DNA of 64,000 nt from Eledone cirrhosa (lineage: Eukaryota): contig OZ024742.1 of NCBI GenBank assembly GCA_964016885.1, positions 251,286,001-251,350,000 on the forward strand, written 5' to 3'. The first letter of the stretch is position 1. The number at the start of each line of letters is the position of its first letter. The notes beneath the pieces are model-generated. The model was not told the origin of the DNA and searched no databases. It saw only the letters and a program-made list of their open reading frames with translations. Positions 51,334-64,000 of this stretch are shown piece after piece. The translations under genes and the position numbers were made by a program.

Positions 51334-51506
51334 ATACTTTGTCAGAGAAATCTCAGGCTGCAAGTTGTGTATATTGTTGGGGAGGTGGTATCCCACAACC
51401 ATTGAAGCTAACTCTGCCAAGTTGTGACACCCAAGTCATCCAAGTGGCTGCAGGAAGGACACAGAAAGCAGCTGTAACTAAAAGTGGTCGATTGTTTGTA
51501 TGGGAG
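51334..51506 (+). CDS. NEK8: NEK8 coding exon 9 (start of RCC1 domain)
   Basis: SCVYCWGGGIPQPLKL...VIQVAAGRTQKAAVTKSGRLFVWE; GTAAG donor. Acceptor is ambiguous: 51334 or in-frame 51346. Confidence 0.9.
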
Positions 51507-53459
51507 GTAAGATTTACTATAAACATTTAGCATGGCTAAGCTAAGACTTTCTCAGTTTTGCTATAAATATTTAACATGGCTAAGCTAGGACTTTCTGAGA
51601 TTTACTATAATCAGATGTTGTTTATTCGAGAGAAGACTACGTTGGTACGGTCACGTGATGCGCATGAAAGACGACAGCTGTATAAAAAAGTGCAGGGCGA
51701 TAAAAATAGACGGTAGCCACGGAGTAGACAGACCCAGAAAAACCTGGGACGACTTGATAAATTCCGACCTCACACACTTACACCTCTCCAAGACAATGTC
51801 ACTGGACCGAGATCTTTGGCACTACACAGTAATATAGAAGACCCGCCTTGCCTAAGTACAAAGCGAAACCTACAGTCAGTAGGCATCTCTAACAAAAATA
51901 CACCCCCGTCCCACTACCCCCACCCCATTCACACCACCCTTTCAATGTAAAGTTATGTTGGTACCATAACATCCAGGCCGAAACAAATGAGGTTGTTTAG
52001 GTGTCACGACAAAAAACACAGTCCACGCTGTAATGTGGCCATGTAGGTAATACGGTAAAAACCTCCCAGTCCACACTGTAAACGTGGTTGGTGTTAGGAA
52101 GGGCATCCAGCCGTAGAAAACCCACCAGACAGTCCTATACGAGCAAGACAACCAATCTTGCCTCAAATGGGAAAATTCCCGTCCAAAGCCATGCTATCAT
52201 GGAAGATGGACGTTAAACGATGATGATGATGATGTGGTTGATGTCATAACATGACAACCTGTCTAACCCATGCAAGCATGGAAAATAGACATTAAATGCT
52301 GCTGCTGCTGATGATGATGATGATGATTTAGCATGGTTAAGCTGGGACTTTATAAGTTTTGCTATAAACATTTAGCATGGCTAAGCTGAGACTTTCTCAA
52401 TGTCTAACCTCCTGATGTTTATTGATAATACTAATACTTTATTGTTAATAATAATACTTTTCTCTCACTAACATTTAGCATTCTTTCCCAATGTCTCATT
52501 TCCTGGTGACTTTATTGTTAATACAAATATTTCTCTCCCACTCACATATCACCTGTACTCCTTAGCATTCTCATACAATTCAATATTTTTTAAACACTTT
52601 TCTTTGTATACTTTAACTTTCAATATTTTTAGAGCATGAAACTACATTAGCAATACAATCACATTGAATATTAAAGTCTTTATTCTATTACTGCAAATAT
52701 TATAAAGTTTGATTTTCGAATTGGGCTGTGAACAGTGCATTGTATCCTTGAGCATGACACTCTTCACATTACTTCTGTTCACTAAACTGGAAAAATTAGT
52801 TGCAACAAGACTTGTGCCAATCTGTATTGGCCCTTTCCTATCCCTTGGATAATATCAATTGTGTGGAGAGGGGAGACAGGCATGCATGAAGGACTGCTGG
52901 TCTTCTACAAAACATTTTGCCCAGGCTTGTGCCTCAGAAAGGCAAACCCATAGTTCATCATGACCAAAAAGGGCTCTTCGTTTCTTCTCCTAAATATGTT
53001 ACACTCTTCATATTGTAGACCCTGACTGATTATTGGTTAACTGTGAAGCTAGTTATTATCATTCTACATCTGCTGGCATGTGTTGGTAATCTAAATAACA
53101 AGATTCACTCCTTTATCTCAAGTGAAACTTGTGAAACATCTTTAATCATTTCATAACTATATTTTTAATGAAATATGCTCTATTTCAATTAATTAATGAA
53201 CAATTTTGAGAGATTTATTAAAATTATGTTGGAATATTTTATTTTTAATAGGAACCTATTTTAAATAGATGCTTTTGTTTAATAGAACCAGAGTCAGTTT
53301 TGGCCATGTTGGTAACAAGAGGGTTAATGGAACATTTTGAGGAATTTACTAAAATTATTAATTATTTCATTTCTAAGATAGTAACTTAACATTTGGTTTT
53401 TATATATTATGTTGGAAGATTTTAATTTAAATAAGAACCCTATAAAAATGAGTGGTTTT

Positions 53460-53810
53460 ATTTCACAGAACCAAAGGGGGTTTCGGCTAGGTTGATATCT
53501 AAAGAGTTTTGTTTCATAGAACCAAAGGGACTTTTGGCCAGGTTTGTATCTAAAGAGTTTTGTTTCATAGAATCAAAGGGGGCTTTGGCCAGGTTAGTAT
53601 CTAAAGGGTTTTGTTTAATAAATCAATGGGGGTTTTAGCCAGGTTGATATTTAAAGGGTTTTGTTTCATAGAACCAAAGGGTTTAGACCAGGTTGGTATC
53701 TAAAGGGTTTCGTTTCATAGAACCAAACAAAATTTTGACCAGGCTGGTATCAAAAGAGTTTTGTTTCATAGAAACAAAAGGGGTTTTGGCCAGGTTGGTA
53801 TCAAAAGAGT
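53460..53810. repeat. About 51-bp minisatellite directly upstream of exon 10
   Basis: About 7 copies of TTTCATAGAACCAAAGGG...GGCCAGGTTGGTATCTAAAGAGTTTTG. Confidence 0.85.
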
Positions 53811-53849
53811 TAATGTTCAATGAGGCCATAATTGCTATTCAACTTTCAG

Positions 53850-53994
53850 AGTACAGGAATTACTACAGACAATGTCATGCCAGGCTCTGTGGAGAATTCC
53901 AGTCCAGCATTTATACCAAGATACCTGGAAGGTCAAGCAGCCGTTACTATTCAACACGTTTCATGTGGAGATCTTTTTGCTGCTTGTTTAACAG
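53850..53994 (+). CDS. NEK8: NEK8 coding exon 10
   Basis: STGITTDNVMPGSVENSSPAFIPRYLEGQAAVTIQHVSCGDLFAACLT(D); CAG acceptor, GTTAGT donor. Confidence 0.92.
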
Positions 53995-54399
53995 GTTAGT
54001 GTATATCATTCTAATTAATGTGTAATAGTCTAATTACTGTATACCTGTCTAATTACTGTATGATATGGACCCTTAACTCTTAATGAAGTTGTAGGGGTAT
54101 TATATTGACCTGCAGCATTTCTTATGGCATTTTAAATCCTGGTGGAGCCCCTCTTCTGTCCAGGTCTGAACACAGCAGATTTCTTCTAGAGAAAGATAGA
54201 GAGTGAGAGAGAGGGAGTGAGAAAGAGATATAGAGGAAGAATTTCCCCCAGTACTAGACTGGTACTTATTTTATCGACCTGGAAAGGATGAAAGGCAAAG
54301 TTGACCTTGGTGGGATTTGAACTCAGAGAGCCAGAACAAATACTACGAAGCACTCTATCTGACGTTCTAACAACTCTTCTAGTTTACTGCCTTTTTTAC

Positions 54400-55200
54400 A
54401 CCTAATTACTGTATACCAGTCAAATTAGTGGATACCAATCTAATTACTGTATAAGAATTTAATGTCTAATTGCTATATACCAGTCTAATTACTGTACATT
54501 AGTTTAATTACTGTATACCAATCTAATTACTGTATACCATCTAATTACTGTATACCATCTAATTACTGTATACCAGTCTAATTACTGTATACCATCTAAT
54601 TACTGTATACCAGTCTAATTACTGTATACCATTCTAATTACTGTATACCATCTAATTACTGTATACCAGTCTAATTACTGTATACCAGTCTAATTACTGT
54701 ATACCAGTCTAATTACTGTATACCATCTAATTACTGTATACCAGTCTAATTACTGTATACCAGTCTAATTACTGTATACCATCTAATTACTGTATACCAG
54801 TCTAATTACTGTATACCATCTAATTACTGTATACCAGTCTAATTACTGTATACCAGTCTAGTTACTGTATACCAGTCTAATTACTGTATACCAGTCTAAT
54901 TACTGTATACCAGTCTAATTATTGTATACCATCTAATTACTGTATACCAGTCTAATTACTGTATACCATCTAATTACTGTATACCAGTCTAATTACTGTA
55001 TACCAGCCTATTTAGTGTATAACTATAATTACTGTATACCAACCTAATTAGGTTCTATCAGTCTAATTAGTGTATACCGATCTAATTAGTGTGTATCAAT
55101 CTAATTACTGTATAACAATCTAAATACTGTGTACCAAACTAATTAAGGTATACCAGTCTAATTAAGTTATACCAGTCTAATTAAGGTATATCAGTCGAAT
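54400..55200. repeat. 18/19-bp minisatellite (CTAATTACTGTATACCA[G]T)
   Basis: Tandem repeat visible directly. Confidence 0.92.
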
Positions 55201-55239
55201 TAGTACATATCATTCTAATTAATACTATTTTAATTACAG

Positions 55240-55316
55240 ATCGAGGAATTCTAATGACTCTAGGAAGTGGTGCTAATGGCTGTCTGGGGCATGGCAACTT
55301 TAACGATGTTACTCAT
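55240..55316 (+). CDS. NEK8: NEK8 coding exon 11 (gene continues beyond the window)
   Basis: (D)RGILMTLGSGANGCLGHGNFNDVTH, RCC1 repeat signature GCLGHG; CAG acceptor, GTCAGT donor. Confidence 0.92.
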
Positions 55317-55354
55317 GTCAGTTCTATATTATTTTTTATATTCATATTCTTATC

Positions 55355-58300
55355 GTCACCACCATCACCACCACCACCATCACCACCATCACCACCACCA
55401 TCACCACCATCACCACCACCACCACCACCACCATCACCATCACCACCACCACCATCACCACTATCACCACCATCACCACCACCACCACCACCACCACCAC
55501 CATCACCATCACCACCCCCACCACCCCCACCACCATCACCACCATCACCACCATCACCACCACCACCATCACCACCATCACCACCACCCCCACCACCACC
55601 ACCACCACCATCACCACTATCACCACCATCACCACCACCATCACCACCACCACCACCACCACCACCATCACCATCACCACCCCCACCACCACCATCACCA
55701 TCACCACCCCCACCACCCCCACCACCATTACCACCATCACCACCACCACCATCACCACCACCAGCATCACTACCATCATCATGATCGTCATCATTACCAC
55801 CGCCATCATCACCATGATTGTCGTCATCATCACAACTAACACCACCACCACAGCCAACACCACCACAACATACACTACCACAGCCAACACCACCACTACC
55901 ACAGCCAACACCACCACTACCACAGCCAACACCACCACAACCAATACTACCAACACCACCAACACCACCACAGCCAACACCACCACAACCAATACTACCA
56001 ACACCACCAACACCACCACAGCCAACACCACCACAACCAACACTACCAACACCACCAACACCACCACAGCCAACACCACCACAACCAATACTACCAACAC
56101 CACCAACACCACCACAGCCAACACCACCACAACCAATACTACCAACACCACCAACACCACCACAGCCAACACCACCACAACCACAGCCAACACCACCAAC
56201 ACCACCACAGCCAACACCACCACAACCAATACTACCAACACCACCAACACCACCACAGCCAACACCACCACAACCAATACTACCAACACCACCAACACCA
56301 CCACAGCCAACACCACCACAACCAACACTACCAACACCACCAACACCACCACAGCCAACACCACCACAACCAATACTACCAACACCACCAACACCACCAC
56401 AGCCAACACCACCACAACCACAGCCAACACCACCACAACCAATACTACCAACACCACCAACACCACCACAGCCAACACCACCACAACCAATACTACCAAC
56501 ACCACCAACACCACCACAGCCAACACCACCACAACCAACACTACCAACACCACCAACACCACCACAGCCAACACCACCACAACCAACACTACCAACACCA
56601 CCAACACCACCACAGCCAACACCACCACAACCAATACTACCAACACCACCAACACCACCACAGCCAACACCACCACTACCACAGCCAACACCACCACAAC
56701 CAATACTACCAACACCACCAACACCACCACAGCCAACACCACCACAACCAATACTACCAACACCACCAACACCACCACAGCCAACACCACCACAACCAAT
56801 ACTACCAACACCACCAACACCACCACAGCCAACACCACCACAACCAACACTACCAACACCACCAACACCACCACAGCCAACACCACCACAACCAATACTA
56901 CCAACACCACCAACACCACCACAGCCAACACCACCACAACCAATACTACCAACACCACCAACACCACCACAGCCAACACCACCACAACCAATACTACCAA
57001 CACCACCAACACCACCACAGCCAACACCACCACAACCAACACTACCAACACCACCAACACCACCACAGCCAACACCACCACAACCAATACTACCAACACC
57101 ACCAACACCACCACAGCCAACACCACCACAACCAATACTACCAACACCACCAACACCACCACAGCCAACACCACCACAACCAATACTACCAACACCACCA
57201 ACACCACCACAGCCAACACCACCACAACCAACACTACCACCACAGCCAACACCACCACAACCAACACCACCACAACCAATACTACCAACACCACCAACAC
57301 CACCACAGCCAACACCACCACAACCAACACTACCACCACAGCCAACACCACCACAACCAACACTACCACAACCAACACCACCGCAACCAATACTATCAAC
57401 ACTACCACAACCAACACTACCACCACAGCCAACACTACCACAGCCAACACCACCACAACCAATACTACCAACACCACCACAACCAACACCACCACAGCCA
57501 ATACTACCACCACAACCAACACTACCACCACAACCAACACCACCATAACCAATACTACCACCACAACCAATACTACCACCATAACCAATACTACCACCAC
57601 AACCAATACTACCACAGCCAACACCACCACAACCAATACTACCAACACCACCACAACCAACACCACCACAGCCAACACCACCACAACCAATAGTACCAAC
57701 ACCACCACAACCAACACTACCACAGCCAACACCACCACAACCAATACTACCAACACCACCACAACCAACACCACCACAGCCAATACTACCACCACAACCA
57801 ACACTACCACCACAACCAACACCACCATAACCAATACTACCACCACAACCAATACTACCACCATAACCAATACTACCACCACAACCAATACTACCACCAC
57901 AACCAATACTACCACCACAACCAATACTACCACCACAACCAATACTACCACCACAACCAACACCACCACAGCCAACACTACCACCACAACAAACACTACC
58001 ACCACAACCAACACCACCACAGCCAACACTACCACCACAGCCAACACCACCACAACCAACACCACCACAACCAATACTACCACCACAACCAACACCACCA
58101 CAGCCAACACCACCACAGCCAACACTACCACCACAACCAATACTACCACCACAACCAACACCACCACAGCCAACACTACCACCACAGCCAACACCACCAC
58201 AACCAACACCACCACAACCAATACTACCACCACAACCAACACCACCACAGCCAACACCACCACAACCAACACTACCACCACAACCAACACCACCACAGCC

Positions 58301-61300
58301 AACACCACCACAACCAACACTACCACCACAACCAACACCACCACAACCAACACCACCACAACCAACTCCACCACAGCCAATACTACCACCACAACCAACA
58401 CCACCACAACCAACACTACCACCACAACCAACACCAGCACAGCCAACACCACCACAACAAACACTACCACCACAACCAACACCACCACAACCAACACCAC
58501 CACAACCAACACCACCACAACCAACTCCACCACAGCCAATACTACCACCACAACCAACACCACCACAACCAACACTACCACCACAACCAACACCAGCACA
58601 GCCAACACCACCACAACAAACACTACCACCACAACCAACACCACCACAACCAACACCACCACAGCCAACACCACCACAACCAACACTACCACCACAACCA
58701 ACACCACCACAGCCAACACCACCACAACCAACACTACCACCACAACCAACACCACCACAACCAACACCACCACAACCAACTCCACCACAGCCAATACTAC
58801 CACCACAACCAACACCACCACAACCAACACTACCACCACAACCAACACCAGCACAGCCAACACCACCACAACAAACACTACCACCACAACCAACACCACC
58901 ACAGCCAACACCACCACAACAAACACTACCACCACAACCAACACCACCACAACCAATACTACCACAGCCAACACTACCACAGCCAACACCACCACAACCA
59001 ATACTACCACCACAACCAACACCACCACAGCCAACACCACCACAACAAACACTACCACCACAACCAACACCACCACAGCCAACACCACCACAACAAACAC
59101 TACCACCACAACCAACACCACCACAACCAATACTACCACAGCCAACACTACCACAGCCAACACCACCACAACCAATACTACCACCACAAGCAACACCACC
59201 GCAACCAACACTACCACAGCCAACACCACCACAACCAACACCACCACAGCCAACACCACCACAACAAACACTACCACCGCAACCAACACTACCACCACAA
59301 CCAACACCAGCACAGCCAACACCACCACAACCAACACCACTACAGCCAACACCACCACAACCAACACCACCACAGCCAACACCACCACAACCAATACTAC
59401 CAGCACCACCACAGCCAACACCACCACAACCAATACTACCACCACAACCAGCACCACCACAGCCAACACCACACAACAAACACTACCACCACAACCAACA
59501 CCACCACAGCCAACACCACCACAACCAACACTACCACCACAACCAACACCACCACAGCCAACACCACCACAACCAACACTACCACCACAACCAACACCAC
59601 CACAGCCAACACCACCACAGCCAATACTACCCCCACTACCAACACCATCACAGCTAACACCACCACAACCAATGCTACCACCACAACCAACACCACCACA
59701 GCCAACACCACCACAGCCAATACTACCCCCACTACCAACACCATCACAGCCAACACCACCACAACCAATGCTACCACCACAACCAACACCACCACAACCA
59801 ATACTACCACCACAACCAACACCACCGCAGCCAACACCACCACAGCCAATACTACCACCACAACCAACACCACCACAGCCAACACCACCACAGCCAATAC
59901 TACCACCACAACCAACACCACCGCAGCCAACACCACCACAGCCAACACCACCACAACCAACACCACCACAGCCAACACCACCACAGCCAATACTACCACC
60001 ACAACCAACACCACCACAACAAACACTACCACCACTACCAACACCACCACAGCCAACACCACCACAGCCAATACTACCACCACAACCAACACCACCACAA
60101 CAAACACTACCACCACAACCAACACTACCACAGCCAACACCACCGCAGCCAACACCACCACAGCCAATACTACCACCACAGCCAACACCACCACAACAAA
60201 CACTACCACCACAGCCAACACCACCACAACCAATACTACCACCACAGCCAACACCACCGCAGCCAACACCACCACAGCCAATACTACCACCACAACCAAG
60301 ACCACCACAGCCAATACTACCACCACAACCAACACCACCACAACAAACACTACCACCACTACCAACACCACCGCAGCCAACACCACCACAACCAACACCA
60401 CCACAACCAACACCACCGCAGCCAACACCACCACAGCCAATACTACCACCACAACCAACACCACCACAACCAACACTACCACCACAACCAACACCACCGC
60501 AGCCAACACCACCACAGCCAATACTACCACCACAACCAACACCACCACAGCCAATACTACCACCACAACCAATACTACCACCACAACAAACACTACCACC
60601 ATAACCAACACCACCGCAGCCAACACCACCACAACCAACACCACCAACACCACCACAGCCAATACTACCACCACAACCAACACCACCACAGCCAACACCA
60701 CCACAACCAATACTACCACCACAACCAACACCACCACAACCAATACTACCACCACAACCAACACCACCACAGCCAACACCACCACAACCAATACTACCAC
60801 CACAACCAACACCACCACAGCCAACACCACCACAGCCAATACTACCACCACAACCAACACCACCACAAAAAACACTACCACCACTACCAACACTACCACA
60901 GCCAACAGCACCACAACCAACACTACCACCACAACCAACACCACCACAACAAACACTACCACCACTACCAACACTACCACAGCCAACAGCACCACAACCA
61001 ACACTACCACAGCCAACACCACCACAGCTAACACCACCACAGCCAATACTACCACCACAACCAACACCTCCACAACCAACACTACTACCACAACCAACAC
61101 CACCGCAGCCAACACCACCACAGCCAATACTACCACCACAACCAACACCATCACAGCCAATACTACCACCACAACCAACACCAACACAGCCAATACTACC
61201 ACCACAACCAACACCACCACAACAAACACTACCACCACTACCAACAACACCACAGCCAATACTACCACCACAACAAACACTACCACCACTACCAACACCA

Positions 61301-64000
61301 CCACAGCCAACACCACCACAACCAATACTACCACCACAACCAACACCACCACAGCCAACACCACCACAGCCAATACTACCACCACAACCAACACCACCAC
61401 AACAAACACTACCACCACTACCAACAACACCACAGCCAATACTACCACCACAACAAACACTACCACCACTACCAACACCACCACAGCCAACACCACCACA
61501 ACCAATACTACCACCACAACCAACACAACCACAGCCAACACCACCACAACCAATACTACCACCACAACCAACACCACCACAGCCAACACCACCACAACCA
61601 ACAATACCACCACAACCAACACCACCACAGCCAATACTACCACCACAACCAACACTACCACCACAACCAACACCACCACAGCCAACACCACCACAGCCAA
61701 TACTACCACCACAACCAACACTACCACCACAACCAACACCACCACAGCCAACACCACCACAACCAATACTACCAACACCACCACAACCAATACTACCAAC
61801 ACCACCACAGCCAACACCACCACAACCAATACTACCACCACAACCAACACTACCACAGCCAACATCACACAACCAACACTACCACAGCCAACATCACCAC
61901 AACCAACACTACCACCACAACCAACACCACCACAGCCAACACCACCACAGCCAATACTACCCCCACTACCAACACCACCACGGCCAATACTACCACCACA
62001 ACCAACACCACCACAACCAATACTACCACCACAACCAACACCACCGCAGCCAACACCACCACAGCCAATACTAGAACCACAACCAACACCACCACAGCCA
62101 ACACCACCACAGCCAATACTACCACCACTACCAACACCACCACAACCAACACCACCACAACAAACACTACCACCACTACCAACACCACCACAACCAACAC
62201 CACCACAACAAACACTACCACCACTACCAACACCACCACAGCCACCACCACCACAACCAACACTACCACAGCCAACACCACCGCAGCCAACACCACCACA
62301 GCCAATACTACCACCACAACCAACACCACCACAACCAACACTACCACCACAACCAACACCACCGCAGCCAACACCACCACAGCCAATACTACCACCACAA
62401 CCAACACCATCACAGCCAATACTACCACCACAACCAACACCACCACAGCCAATACTACCACCACAACCAACGCCACCACAGCCAATACTACCACCACAAC
62501 CAACACCACCACAGCCAATACTACCACCACAACCAATACTACCACCACAACAAACACTACCACCAAAACCAACACCACCGCAGCCAACACCACCACAGCC
62601 AATACTACCACCACAACCAACACCACCACAACAAACACTACCACCACTACCAACACCACCACAGCCAATACTACCACCACAACCAACACCACCACCACCA
62701 CAACCAATACTACCACCGCAGCCAACACCACCACAGCCAATACTACCACCACAACCAACACCACCACTGGCAATACTACCACCACAGCCAACGCCACCAC
62801 AACAAACACTACCACCACAACCAACACCACCACAGCCAACACCACCACAACCAACACTACCACAACAAACACTACCACCACAACCAACACCACCACAGCC
62901 AATACTACCACCACAGCCAACACCACCACAGCCAACACCACCACAACAAACACTACCACCACAACCAACACCACCACAGCCAATACTACCACCACAGCCA
63001 ACACCACCACAACAAATACTACCACCACAGCCAACACCACCACAGCCAATACTACCACCACAACCAACACCACCACAGCCAACACCACCACAACCAATAC
63101 TACCACCACAACCAACACCACCACAGCCAATACTACCACCACAACCAACACCACCACAGCCAACACGACCACAACCAATACTACCACCACAACCAACACC
63201 ACCACAACCAATACTACCACAACCAACACCACCACAGCCAACACCACCACAACCAATACTACCACCATAACCAACACCACCACAACCAACACTACCACCA
63301 CAACCAACACCACCACAGCCAACACCACCATAACCAATACTACCACCATAACCAACACCACCACAACCAATACTACCACCACAACCAACACCACCACAGC
63401 CAACACCACCACAACCAATACTACCACCACAACCAACACCACTACAACCAACACCACCACAGCCAACACAACCACATCCAATACTACCACCACAAGCAAC
63501 ACCACCACAGCCAACACCACCACAACCAACACCACCACAGCCAACACCACCACAACCAATACTACCACCACAACCAACACCACTACAACCAACACCACCA
63601 CAGCCAACACAACCACATCCAATACTACCACCACAAGCAACACCACCACAACCAACACCACAACAGCCAATACTACCAACACCACAACCAACACCACCAC
63701 AACCAATACTACCACAACCAATACTACCACCACAACCAACACCACCACAACCAAGACTACCACAGCCAACACCACCACAACCAATACTACCACCACAACC
63801 AACATTACCACAGCCAACACCACCACAACCAATACTACCACCACAACCAACACCACCACAGCCAACACCACCACAACCAACACTACCACCACAACCAACA
63901 CCACCACAGCCAACACCACCACAACCAACACCACTACAGCCAACACCACCCCAACCAATACTACCACCACAACCAATACTACCACCACAACCAACACCAC
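55355..64000. repeat. Intronic ACC-rich compound satellite, over 8.6 kb (CAC/CAT block, then 15- and 18-bp CCAACACCACCACA[A/G]-type units)
   Basis: Tandem structure visible directly, starting just after the exon 11 donor; runs off the window end. Confidence 0.95.

Noticed and set aside
55313-64000. Very long ORFs (1388, 2176, 1607 aa and others) resembling keratin-associated, mucin or extensin proteins
   Set aside because: Open in several frames on both strands because the satellite units lack stop codons; they lie inside a NEK8 intron and have no unique domains.

Overview
AT-rich, repeat-dense animal genomic DNA. The repeat landscape (tRNA-derived SINEs with ATT tails, RTE LINEs with GAT tails, very abundant TA/CA microsatellites) suggests an octopus or other coleoid cephalopod; this is an inference. 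The one host gene is NEK8 (NIMA kinase plus RCC1 repeats) on the + strand: 11 coding exons traced by hand from ATG 21926 to 55316, continuing past the window through a >8.6 kb ACC-rich satellite. Intron 5 (44303-46089) has both U12 (minor spliceosome) signals. The rest is mobile-element debris: a 5'-truncated RTE LINE with an open 997-codon ORF and a PHD-like finger inside its RT, plus mariner, Ty3/gypsy, R4/Dong, CR1, Helitron, MITE and SINE remnants and intron-specific minisatellites. The most striking unannotated structure is a set of TA-flanked fold-back palindromes (10.3-11.6 kb; nested 29.7-36.2 kb; 9.2-9.5 kb). Two hairpin centres read as C-termini of Penelope-like GIY-YIG endonucleases absent from the supplied ORF track, and the arms carry outward-pointing minimal type-I hammerhead ribozyme motifs. 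Several other hammerhead-like motifs are scattered in TA-flanked repeats. The long low-complexity ORFs are repeat artefacts.
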